From: Mobula hypostoma
Lineage: Eukaryota
Reading direction: 5' to 3'
DNA: 64,000 nt
Assembly: GCF_963921235.1 (NCBI RefSeq)
Contig: NC_086118.1
Coordinates: 19,780,001 to 19,844,000 of the forward strand
Positions 39,421-51,315 of this stretch are shown here, piece by piece. The notes beneath the pieces were generated by a model. That model searched no databases and was not told where the DNA came from. It worked only from the letters and a program-made list of their open reading frames with translations. Within the stretch, counting starts at the first letter, position 1; every line of letters begins with the position of its first letter. The translations under genes were made by a program, and so were the position numbers.

Positions 39421-40159
39421 CTCTTACTGGCCAAAGAGTACATTGGGGTCTTCAGATATAGCTTACCATGGTGGATAGATTGCGAACTGTCAGCTCAGGT
39501 TATGATAATTACATTTACAATTACCACAGCTCCCCTATGTAAAACAGATGATAATTGTAATTTATGTGCATTCACATCAGTTTTTATTCTGCTACCAATT
39601 AGACTGAAAGTAACCTAGCTTACAGTAGTGTCAAAAGGTATTTCTGATTGCATTTTAATTTTGTGCTAATCAGGACTTGGTATGAGAGAGTTTCATAAGC
39701 CACTGCAATGCACTTTTGAAAGAAGATATGCTGTCAGGAAACTTTGAGCAAATCTGATACACTAACCTAGTTAATTCATGAGAATTTCAGCAAGGAATAA
39801 ATAGACCATGGGGTGTTCATTTCTATGAATTACTATATAATTTGTAAATAGTAGCAGCTCTTTGCCATTAATCACATTGAAACAGAGAAAATATATCTTT
39901 TCACCGTGATGTTTCCCGCTGAAGATCATAGCATGCCATAAAATTGCTGGATTTATGCCATAAAGCTAAACCTTGGTGAAGCAACTCAGAGCTGGCAATT
40001 CCTGTCCTGAGGACCCTGTTAATGATATGATTTATGAACTGGACCAGACAGACAAGTTCAGTGTTTCAGAATGGAAACAATGAACTTCTGGATTTGTGCT
40101 CCAGCAAACAGTGAAATAATCCCAAAAGATTTTTGAATATTCTTCTGTCACTGAAGCAT

Positions 40160-40678
40160 ATCTAAGAAAAGACATGCTGACATTGGAGAGAGCTCAGAGG
40201 AGGTTCATGAAAATGAATCCGGATTGAAAAGATATGAAGAGTGTTTGATGGCTCTGGGTGTGTACTCACTGGAATTCAAAAGAATGAGGGGTGACCTCAT
40301 CGAAACCTATCGAACACTTAAAGGCCTCAATAGAGTGGATGTGCAGAGGATGTTTCCTGTGGTGGGAGAGTCTAAGACCAGAGGACACAGCCTCAGGATA
40401 GAGGGGAGTCATTTTAGAATGGAGATGAGGAGGAATTTCTTTAGCCAGAGAGTGGTGAATCTGTGGAATTCATTGCCACAAGAGGCTGTGGAAGCCAAGT
40501 CATTGGGTATATTTAAGGAAGAGGTTGATAGATTCTTGATTGGTCAGGGCATGAAGTGATGTGGGGAGAAGGCAAGAAATTGGGGTGAGAAGGAAAGTGG
40601 ATCAACCATGATGAAATAACAGAGCAGACTCGATGGGCAAATGGCCTAATTCTGCTCCTATATCTTATGGTCTTATAT
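40160..40678 (+). mobile_element. CR1 3' fragment
   Basis: LGVYSLEFKRMRGDLIETY..RNFFSQRVVNLWNSLP; TCTTATGG tail. Confidence 0.9.
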
Positions 40679-40962
40679 CTACACTAGGCTTGTGTAAAAT
40701 GGGAGCACAACCAACATCATAAATGCAGACAAGAAAAGTATTTTTTTTTCAGAAAGTAACATGTTAGGTTATGTTACATCAATAATTGGAGACATGATTC
40801 AATGAAGAGTTACATCAAGGAAGAGGTACAGGAGCCTGAAGGCTCACACTTAACATTTTAGGAACAGCTTCTTCCCCTCCGCCATCGAATTTCTGAGCAG
40901 ACCATGGAGCCAGGAACATTCTCTCACTTTTTCCTTTCTTTTTGCACTACTAATTTTTATAT

Positions 40963-42149
40963 CATCATCATTATTATTATGTGCCTTGTTGTGTGACGTG
41001 GACTATCATGATCTTCCATCCGTCTTTAATCTGAGAAGTTCTAAATTCAGCTCTTCAAAATTTTTGCCTGTCCATCCCCCGATGTAACTCATGAACGTCA
41101 TGCACTATCAACCACAACTTTTTCTTCCATCAGTTTTTCCCATCACCGCAAGATGTTCGAGCTTCTCTTTCTTCAGTGCATGTCCCAAAAATTCCAGCTG
41201 CCACTCCCTGATTTGTGAAAAGCTCTCTTCTTATTCCGGCTTTTCGCTACCCTTCCTTATGTGGTTCTCTGCCCTTCCACGATATTTTCATCATTCTTCT
41301 CAAGAACTGCATTTCTGTAGCTTCGAGTCTTCCTTCATTTTGTTTTGATATTGTCGTTTCCATATGTTAGTATGGAATGAATGTAGCACTGCAACACTCT
41401 GAGTTTTGTACCCATACAAATGTTATTCTTTAGAATCTTGCTCAGACTCTTAAACGTGCACCTAGCAATCCCAATCCTTTTTCCAATTTCATCATCAACC
41501 CTGCCATTAGAAGTTATTGTGCTCCCTAACTTATTGAACTTCTATGTTTGATCAATTGTTTTGTTGCCCACTTTCAGTTCGCATTTCTGCATTTCTTTCC
41601 CCTTTGTAACAACCTTACATTTGGTGCTCTTGCAGTTGATGGTCAACCCTCTCCTTGCACTTTCTTCAACAACTTTATCTAGTATTTCTTGGAGCTTCTC
41701 TTTAGAAGTAGCTATCAGCACTGTGTCATCCATGTGTTGTAAGTTGTTCAAATTGTATCCACCAATTATCATGCCTGGAATACTGTTAATTTCTCTTGAA
41801 TCTTCTGACTATAAAGGCTGAAAAGTTTGGGCATGAGAACACAACCTTGTCTGATTCCTCTCTTAATCTGGACAAAATCACTTGTCTCATTTTCAGCTCT
41901 TATTCCTGCCAATTAAAATTTCTGATGATTCTGATATCCTTCCCATCAAAGTTCAAGTACTGAAGGGTTTTTATAAGCTTTTCATGTCTCCCTATCAAAA
42001 GCTTTGGTAGAATCAATGAAACATAGTTATAGGTCTTTACAGACCTCTATGGCATGCTCACAAATCATTCTAAGGATGAAAATTGCATTTCGGGTTCCAC
42101 TGTCTAAAGACGGGATCCTGAATTACCCCTAATAACTGTGCTTTTGAAA

Positions 42150-42180
<31 letters not shown>

Positions 42181-43346
42181 GTTATTTACCACCGACATTT
42201 TGTTTTGAAAGAGAGAGAGAGAGATGAAGACTAACTGTTGGACAGTCACTTTAAGAAATGAGAAAGAACTGGTTAATGAGAAAGAACTGGTTAACTTTTG
42301 GATTTCTGCTGAGGTTGGAGACAGCACCGAGCAGCTCGTAAGTTACTATGGTGACCGAAGGCGGTGTTATTTAATGGACACTCGATGTTATGATTTTCGG
42401 CAGGTTGTTGACACTTCTCAAGGACAGTTCACCTGCTTGTGCATTTCTTCACAGAGAAAGGAAGGAGGGATTATTTGAGTGACAGTTGATGCTCAGCACG
42501 GGAAGATAAAATAGGAGGTCAGATGATACAGACCTCAGACACGTTCTGGACACTGAATGAGCATTGTTGGGCCCACAGGAAAAGTGGGTTTTGGAGGATC
42601 GATCAGGCAGATCGATCCAGCGCTCTTGCAGTAGAAAGAGGAAAAGGGTTGACTGGTGGGGAGTTGTCCATGCGTCCACCCTTGTCTGGGGGATAGCTCC
42701 ACCACATAAAACTGGTCCCCTTTGTTAAAGTAACAGTCGGTGACTTTTAAAGGATTTCGAAGGACAACGAGAAGATCCACAGCGTCAGCTCACCTGAAGA
42801 CTCAAATCTCTCCCTCTCTCTCTCCATCACTACTCAACTAAATACCACAAACTGAACTGAACTGAACTTTACTCATCATCGTAAGACTGTATCTTTATAC
42901 CCCTAGACTGAAAGAAGCTTGGTTTTTCATACATATATTTCCACACTTACTGATTTACTTACTTATATATCTATTATCATTGCTAACCTGTTTGACTTAC
43001 CTACATTTATATTACTGTGTTGCATAGTTACTAATAAATATTATTAGTTTATAGCAATACTGGACTCCGAAGTCTATTTCTGCTGGTTCTTTATTCTCGT
43101 CACAGGGTTCGTGACAACAAGTCTTCAGCCATTATCAATATTCTTTAGAGATAGTCTGCCAGGCGGCAGTGATCATATAACCAGGACTTGTGACGTGCAC
43201 CAGCTGCTCCGTGGCTTCAGGTGACCCTGATCAGAGGGGGTAATTAGATACCACATCTTGACTGAGGGTGACAGAGTGCAGGCTCGCAGATCAAAGGAGC
43301 ACCTTACACCTCCTTTGATAGAGACATATATCCACCCTGACACCCC
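40963..43346 (-). mobile_element. RTE-clade LINE retaining both ends, internally deleted, containing a solo LTR
   Basis: GTRNAIFILRMICEHAIEV, RGIRQGCVL and NNLQHMDDTVLIA..GLTINCKSTK; (ATA/ATG)n tail at 40963-40980. TSD AATTTTTATAT (40952-40962) vs AATATTTATAT (43347-43357). Confidence 0.85.
42109..43116 (+). mobile_element. Solo LTR related to 3700-4485
   Basis: Shared blocks ATCCTGAATTA.CCC, CAGCTCACCTGAAGA, CATCACTACTCAACT, TTTACTCATCATCGTAAGACTGTATC and GTTACTAATAAA. Ends CGTGACA; 5' TG and TSD not resolvable. Confidence 0.85.
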
Positions 43347-43681
43347 AATATTTATATATTTTCCTTATTGTGACTTTTTAAAATTCTGTATGTATTTAAT
43401 TGTACTATTGCTGCAAAACAACAAATTCTGTGATATACCTATATGTCAGTGATAATGAACTTGATTCTGATTCTGACGTGATATGGAGAGTGTAATGGGA
43501 GGAAAACTGAGATTTTTGAACTATGATTCTTTCCACTTGCCGCTCAGTGGTTTTTCTAGGTTGTGCTCTGGGGTTTGTTTTAAGCCTGTTGAAAGGGAAA
43601 TTAATCAAGTCCTTTACTGCTGTTAAATGCAACCGTAATTAGATTTGTAGGTGTACCAGATGATTTTATTTTTGCCTGTAG

Positions 43682-44230
43682 AGGTTGGTGATGAATCATA
43701 TCAATCCCTGCCTGAGAAATGATTTGGATCCGTTCCAATTTGCCAACCATCACAACAGGTCAACAGCAGATGTATATATCAGGATGCTCTTCATTGATTA
43801 CAGCTCTGCGTTCTGCACTACCATCCCCTCAAAACTAATCAATAAGCTCCAAAACTTACCAATATCTCCTTGTGTTCCTGGATCCTCACTTGTTGACTTC
43901 AGTCAGTTCAGATTGGCAACATCTTCTCCACAATTACCATTGGCACAGGTGCACCACAAGGCTGTGGGCTTATCCCTCTGCTCCACTCATTATATACTTA
44001 TGACTGTAAGGCTAAGTACAGCTCCCATTCCACAGCTGTTGGCCAAATCAAAGGTGGTAACAATTCAGCATATAGGAGGGAGATTGAAAGTCTGCCTGAT
44101 TGGTACCACAACAACTACCTCTCAATCAGAGTCAGCAAAACCAAAAAGCTGAGTATTGACTGTGGGAGGAGGAAACCAGAGGTCTATGAGGAGGTCTTCA
44201 TCAAGGAATCAGAGGTTGTGAGGATCAGTA
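43682..44230 (+). repeat. Rex1/Babar RT fragment (3' remnant resumes ~45850-46060)
   Basis: LDPFQFA..NRSTAD..IRMLFIDYSSAF.T.IPSKLINKL. Confidence 0.85.
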
Positions 44231-44231
44231 G

Positions 44232-45845
44232 GATCCCATAGGAGATGGCGGAAGTTACAGAGAATTACATGCTTGACGTGGAGGCTGGTGGGGTGGTAGG
44301 TGAGGACAAGAGAAACCCTATCCCTAGTGAAGTGGCTGGAGAATAGGGTGAGAGCAGACGGTGCGAAATGGAAGAGATGCAGTTGAGGGCAGCGTTGATT
44401 GTGGAGGAAGGGAAGCCCCTTTGAAGAAGGAGGACATCTCCTTCATTCTGGAATGAAAAGCCTCATCCTGAGAGCAGATGCAGCGGAGACAGAGGAATTG
44501 AGAGAGGGAATGGCATTTTAACAAGTGACAGGGTGGGAAGAGGTATAGTCCAGGTAGCTGTGAGAGTCCATGGGTTTATAGTAGACAGCAGTAGATAAAC
44601 TTTCTCTAAGGTAGAAAAGCAGCACCAATACAGTCACTGTTGTAGTATAGAAAAAGTGGGGATGGCCACCAATATAGTTTTGGAACATAGACTGTTCCAC
44701 ATACCTGACAAAAAAGCAGGCACAGCTGGGACCCATGTGAGTGCTCATGGCTACACCTTTTGTTTGAAGGAAGTGGGACAACCCAAAGGAGAAATTATTA
44801 ATAGTGAGGACAAGCTCCGCTAGATGGAGGAGAGTGGTGGTGGAATGGAACTAGTTGGGTCTGCTGTCCAGACAGAAATGGAGAGCTTTGAGGCCTTCCT
44901 GTTGGGGGATGGAGTTGTACAGGACCTGAACATCCATAGTGAAAATAAGATGATGGGGGCCAGGGCACTTGACATCATTGAAAATTTCCAGAGTGCGTGA
45001 AGTGTCATGGATGTAGGTAGGAAGGGACTGAACCAGGGGGAATAAAAAAGAGTTGAGGTCCGCAGATATGAGTTCAGTAGGGCAGAAATAAGCAGACCCA
45101 ATGGCTCTACCTAGACAGGCAGGTTTGTGGATCTTTGGTAGGGGGTTGAAACAGGGCGTGCGGGGTGTGGGAACTATGAGGCTGGTAGCAGAGAATGGGA
45201 GGACCCCAGAGTCAATGAGGTTGGTGATGGTGTGGGAGACACCATTTTTAGTGGGGTCCTGTTCAAGGGGTAAGTAAGAGGAGGTGTCTGAGAGTTGTCG
45301 CTGGGCCTCAGCAATGTAGTGGTCAGTATGCCAGACTGCTACAGAAGCCCATTTATCTGCGAGTTTGATGGTGTGGTTATGATTACTGCAAAAGGTGTGA
45401 GTAGCCTCCAACCTGATGGCATGAACATTGATCTCTCAAACTTCCAGTAATGCCCTTCCCCAACCTTTTCCTTCTCTCACCTTATCTCCTTGCCTACCCA
45501 TCACCTCCCTCTGGTGTTCCTCCCCCCTTTCCTTCTTCCATGGCCTTCTGTACTCTCCTATTAAATTCCCTCTTCTAGCTCTTTCACCAATCAACTTCCA
45601 GCTCTTTACTGCACCCCTTCCCCTCCAAGTTTCCCTATCACCTTGTTTCTCCCTCCCCTCCCACCCACCACCTTTTAACTCTACTCCTCATCGTTTTCTC
45701 TCCAATCCTGCTGAAGGGTCTCAGCTGGGGACTCAGCTGAAGGGACTGTACTCTTTTCCATAGATGCTGCCTGGCCTGCTGAGTTCCTCCAGCATTTTGT
45801 GTGTGTTGCTTGAATTTCCAGCATCTGCAGATTTGCTCTTGTTTG
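44232..45845. mobile_element. Penelope-like element with inverted structure: RT part on minus (44232-45405), endonuclease end and pseudo-LTR on plus (45400-45845)
   Basis: Minus frames: IKLADK, LPKIHKP, FTMDVQVLY, FLQTKGVAMSTHMGPS. Plus frame: SLQPDGMNIDLSNF, then pyrimidine-rich UTR, decayed hammerhead and tail. Confidence 0.88.
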
Positions 45846-46444
45846 TGATTTGCCTTCAATCATCTGGCTCTTTAACCAAAAGGAACAACTTCACTCAACT
45901 TCACTCACCCCAACACAGACATGGTTCCACAGCCCATGAACTTACTTTCAAGGACTCTGCAACTCATGTTCCCAATATTTATTGTTTAGCTTTTTTTTCT
46001 CATTTTGTATTTGCACAACCATCAGGCTCTTGAACAAAAGGGGATAACTACACTCATGATTCTGATTATTTGGAAATTGTTTATTAATGGCTGTCGTACC
46101 AAATACTTTAAAAACCCCAATTTCCTTGCAGAGTACACACCTTTCATGCAGCATGTAATTCACCTGCTTAGACAATCACAATTTGAACTTAACCTTAAGT
46201 GACATTGATATATGGTCAACCAAAATTCCAATTTACTGATCAGAATGACTGAATTACTGTAAATGTTCCTGACATTTTACAAAAACGGATTAGATATTTG
46301 CCGCTGAAACTTTGAGGCTTTAATGGATTTAAGTAAAAATGCTTTAATCAGCTAATTTAATTTTAAACTATTGCAAAATAATCCAAAATCAGCATTGTAA
46401 ATCTCATAAAGGTAACGTTATTCCTGATGTCATGGATAGACACT

Positions 46445-47160
46445 GTAAGTTTCAGCACATCACCGTAGTTAACTTATTCCACATCACCACATTCTTCCGA
46501 AGAACCATCAAGAGTGTCCTGATCAGCTGCCTCACAGTCTAGAATGGGAATTGACATGCATCAGATTGCAAGACTCTGCAACAGTTAGTGAGGACTGTGA
46601 AAAATATCATCAAGATCTCCTTCCCTACCATTTAGGACATATATCAGAAATGGGCAGATGCAATGCCTGCAGCATTGTCAAAGGCCCCTCCAACCCTTCC
46701 CACAACCTGTTTGACCTCTTGCTGTCGCGCAGAGGGTAATACAGCATAAAAACGAGGGGCATCAGGCTGGATAACAGCTTCTTCCCCCAGATTGTCACCC
46801 AGCACACATGTGCACCGTGTCTGAATGCCCTGCCAGAACCCACCCCTCCCCACTCCCCATCTCACAGCATTGTTCTCATCCTGCACTTGCTACTTCTCAT
46901 TTTTTATTGCTGCTGTTTCAAATATTTATACTACAGCTGGTTTATTATAATAGTGGCAGTCACATTATACTGTCTTACATAAACATGCGCCTCACACTTT
47001 ATGTCAACCTGTCAATCTTGTACTAATATTATTTTGTGACTGTATATGCTGTGTGTGGCTCTACATACTGTGTTTTACACCGTGGCTCTAGAGGAACGAT
47101 GTTTCGTTCAGATGTATACATGTGTAAAGTTGAACGACAAAAAACTTGAAATTAAATTCG
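46445..47160 (+). repeat. Degenerate Rex1/Babar 3' fragment
   Basis: RTIKSVLISCLTV, SIVKGPSNPSHNLFDLLLS and NSFFPQ remnants plus 3' UTR. Confidence 0.75.
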
Positions 47161-48840
47161 ATTTTCACACATTTCTTACTGGATTATGGTGCAGTGCACA
47201 TGGCAATGGACCAAAGAGACAATTCCAATCCATGCAAAGTATTTCATCTTCATCAGGCCAGTGATCTGCCATTTGAACTAGTGACAGGAATATTCCAGTT
47301 TTCACAAATAATGATTGAAAAGAATAAAAAACTTTAGTCTGAAAAAAGTGGGCATTCCAATTTTAAAAAAGTGACTTTACCAAAGTTGAGCAAAAGTGAT
47401 AAGGACTTTAGGGGTGGCGTAATTATCATGGACTTGTCGTAGACTTGTTTCTGATAAAGCCTTTTTTACACTGAATTCTTATTCTTGCAGTAGTTTTTCT
47501 CTTTCTCATTGCTGTTTTGTATAATTTATGTACAATTTAAATTCTGATTATTCTCTGTACCCATGTGCCTGCAATACTGCTACAAGCAAGCTTTTCATTG
47601 TACCTGTTCCATACTGTACTTGAGCACACGACAATAGCCTTGAATTGACTTAACTGACAATTCAATCCAATATTTTAGTTTAGGATGAGATTGGGCAAGC
47701 ATCTTCTCAGTCTTTCAACTTCTTAGCTTCACGAATAACAGCATGTGAGATAGACTCTACCCTGTTTTATTTGTGAAAGAGTTTCTGCATTTGTTTTGAA
47801 ATAATTATCCTTTTAATGGTAATAAATGCTGAATATGAAACATGCTGACAAATAATTCAATGAAAAGCAAATTTTATAGAAGGCCAAAGAGTTTTGCAGT
47901 CACAGATTTCACTGTAAATGATATTTATCTTTTAACAAAGCTACTTATAGTATTATATTCAAACCACAGACTGCTGAAACATAAATAGGAAAATGGTGCA
48001 GCCCTGTCTTTGTCGCAGTTGGATGCCCATGAATATTGGGCTCGTTGGTGCGAATCTTTAACATTGAATAATAAAGAATAAAGAAACAAATTGAATGAAG
48101 CAGAAAGGCAACAGGGGAATTAGCATCAAACAGGTCAGAAAAAGAAGGCAAAGCTATTAAGAGAGAGATGTAAAAAAGAAACAATACAAAATAACATGTA
48201 GAAGAAAATATTTCAGTCTAGTTATTTTGGCAAATCTTTAATTATTGCATCGGGAGCTATTGAGCAAATGGAAAAGTGGGCATAAAAAGCGCTTATAGTC
48301 AACTTACGTCATTTACAATCAGTGAGCCAGCTTTTGTGATCACTAATAATGAAACAACCAGTGGGTTTGATCACTATTGCAGTTCAAAGTAAACTTATTA
48401 TCAAAGTATATATAGGTCACTATACACTCCACTGAGATTCATTTTCTTGCAGGCATTCACAGTAACTACAAAGAGACATATCGAGTCAGTGAAGAACCAC
48501 ACACAATAAACCACCAAAGATCAAAGTAAGTTTTATTATTAAAGTATATACATGTAGCCATATACTACCCTGAGATTCATTTTGTTGTGGGCATACTCAG
48601 GAAATCTACAGAATAGATAGATAGAGAGGTCCCGACCCTCTCCAGACCTAGACCGCTCTTACTGCCGCTGGGTCCTACCGCCCATCTTATTCTCCCACTA
48701 GCCTCTTTCCTCCCCGTGACTCCCAACCTTCCCTCTACCCCTCATCGCCCCTCCATTCCTCTGATCCCTCATCCTCCCCTAATTCCACTCTCCCTGAATA
48801 TCCCAACCGCCCTCTCCCTCCTGAGTCCTTCCAGTCTTCA

Positions 48841-51025
48841 CCCTCCTCTGACCCCAGCCCCAACCCTTGCCGTGTCTTCACCATCCCGTCTGACCTTCCC
48901 CTCTCTGAGGCAGAACATTCTGTCCTTAGCAAGGGCCTCACTTTTGTCCCCCTCCATCCACACCTCAGTGAGTTCTGTGCCCGCCATGATGCTGAATTCT
49001 TCTTCCATCGCCTACGTCTCCGAGCCTACTTCTTTCGCAAGGATTCCCCTCCCCCTACTGATGACCCCTTCTCCTGGTTTCAACCTTCCTCCTCCTCCTG
49101 GACACCCCACCCGGGCCTTCTACCTGCACTCGATCTTTTCATCTCCAACTGTCGCCGAGACATCAACCGTCTCAACTTCACCACTCCTCTCTCCTGTTCC
49201 AACCTCACTCCCTTTGAACGCACTGCCCTCCACTCTCTCCGCACTAATCCCAACCTCACCATCAAGCCTGCTGACAAAGGTGGTGCCGTAGTAGTCTGGC
49301 GGACGGACCCCTACCTCACTGAGGCCAAACGGCAGCTCTCTGACAGCTCCTCTTACTTACCCCTGGAACAGGACCCCACCAAAAAAGATCAAACCATTGT
49401 CTCCCGCACCATCACCGCCCTTATCAACTCCGGAGATCTTCCATCCTCAGCCACTAAACTCATAATTACCACACCCCGTACCGCTCGGTTTTATCTCCTC
49501 CCCAAGATCCACAAGCCTGACTGTCCCAGCAGATCCATAGTTTCTGCCTGCTCCTGTCCCAGCGAACTTGTATCTGCCTACCTGGACTCCATTTTGTCAC
49601 CCAAAGTTCAGTCCCTCCCCACCTACATCTGGGATACATCACATGCCCTCCACATCTTCAATAACTTCCAGTTCCCCAGCCCCGACCGTTTCATTTTCAC
49701 TATGGATGTCTAATCCTTATACACGTCCATTTCCCATCAAGAAGGACTCAAAGCCCTTTGCTACTTCCTGGATAATAGACCTCACGAATTGCCCACCACC
49801 ACTACCCTCCTCCAGTTGGCGGAACTGGTACTCACACTTAATAGCTTCTCTTTTGGCTCTTCCCACTTTCTTCAGACTAAGGGTATAGCTATGCCTGCCT
49901 CTTCGTTGGTTATATGGAACAGTCTATGGTCCAAACCTATACTGGTACTGCTCCTCAACTTTTCCTTCGTTATATTGACGACTACATTGGTGCTGCTTCC
50001 TGCACCCATGCTGAGCTCGTCAATTTCATCAAGTTTACTTCAAACTTCCACCCATCCCTCAAATTCACTTGGTCTATCTCGGACACTTCTCTCCCCTTTC
50101 TCGATCTCTCGGTCTCCATCTCTGGAGACAGACTGTCCACTGACATCTTCTGCAAGCCCACTGACTCTCATAACTACCTCAACTATACCTCTTCCCACCC
50201 CGCCACATGCAAAAATGCCATTCCCTATTCCCAGTTCCTCCGTCTCCGCCGCATCTACTCCGAGGATGAGGTTTTCCATTCCGGGACATCTCAAATGTCC
50301 TCTTTCTTTAAGGATCGTGGTTTCCCTTCTGCCGTCATCAATGATGCCCTCACCTGCATCTCCTCCATTTCCCGCACTTCGGCCCTCACCCCATCCTCCC
50401 CCAACCACAACAGGGACAGAGTTCCCCTTGTCCTCACCTACCACCCCACCAGCCTCCGGATCCAGCATATTATCCTCTGCAACTTCCGCCACCTTCAACA
50501 GGACCCCACTACTAAGCACATCTTTCCCTCTCCACCCCTCTCCGCTTTCCACAGGGATCTGTCCCTCCATGACTCCCTGATCCACACATCCCTCCCCACG
50601 GATCTCCAACCCGGCACTTATCCCTGTATGCGTAAGTACTACACCTGTCCCTACACCTCCTCTCTTGCCACCATTCAGGGCCCCAAACAGTCCTTCCAGG
50701 TGAGGCAAAACTTCACTTGTGAGTCTGTTGGGGTCATCTATTGCATCCGGTGCTCCCGGTGCGGCCTCCTCTACATCGGTGAAACCCGACGCAGATTGGG
50801 GGACCGCTTCGTCGAGCACCTCCACTCCGGCCGCCACAACAGATAGGGTCTCCCAGTAGCCACCCACTTCAACTCTGCTTCCCAATCCCATTCAGATATG
50901 TCCATACATGGCCTCCTCTACTGCCATGATGAGGATAAACTCAGGTTGGAGGAGCAACACCTCATATACTGTCTTGGTAGTCTCCAGCCCCTTGGTATGA
51001 ACATATAATTCTCCAACTTCCGGTA
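48841..51025 (+). pseudogene. PLE reverse transcriptase / GIY-YIG endonuclease ORF, disabled
   Basis: Stop TAA at 49711 (MDV*SLYT), frameshifting deletion at ~49893, stop TAG at 50844. Longest open piece is 49914-50846 (310 aa). Confidence 0.9.
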
Positions 51026-51277
51026 CTTCCCTCCCCCTCCCTTGCTCTATTCCTATGTCACTCTGCCCCCTCCCCCAGCTGCCTATCACCTCCCTCATGG
51101 TTACGCCTCCTTCTACTACTCATTGTGTTTTCTCCTATTCTTTCTTCACCTTTCCTGCCTATCACCTCCCCCACCCCTTTATCTTTCCCTTTACTGGTTT
51201 TTCAACTGGCACCTACCAGCCTTCTCCTTCCCACCCTCCCCCCACCTTCTTTATAGGGCCTCTGCCCCTTCCCTCTA

Positions 51278-51315
51278 CAGTCCTGACGAAGGTTTCCGGC
51301 CCGAAACGTTAACTG
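51278..51315 (+). ncRNA. Minimal type-I hammerhead ribozyme motif (decayed) in the PLE pseudo-LTR
   Basis: CAGTC-CTGACGA-A-GGT TTCCGG CCC-GAAA-CG-TT-AACTG: CUGANGA and GAAA core boxes, short stem II, palindromic ACGT stem III, stem I CAGT/ACTG. Confidence 0.75.

Larger units (their letters stand above)
40810..43476 (+). repeat. Rex1/Babar 3' fragment (40810-40962 and 43347-43476) split by an RTE insertion
   Basis: SRKRYRSLKAHT..FRNSFFPSAIEFL, with the 3' UTR resuming at 43347 and ending GATTCTGATTCTGA. Confidence 0.8.

Noticed and set aside
50040..50891. 283-aa minus-strand ORF (also 49789-50580 + and 48716-49291 +)
   Set aside because: Antisense or off-frame shadows of the C-rich PLE ORF; low-complexity products with no independent motifs.
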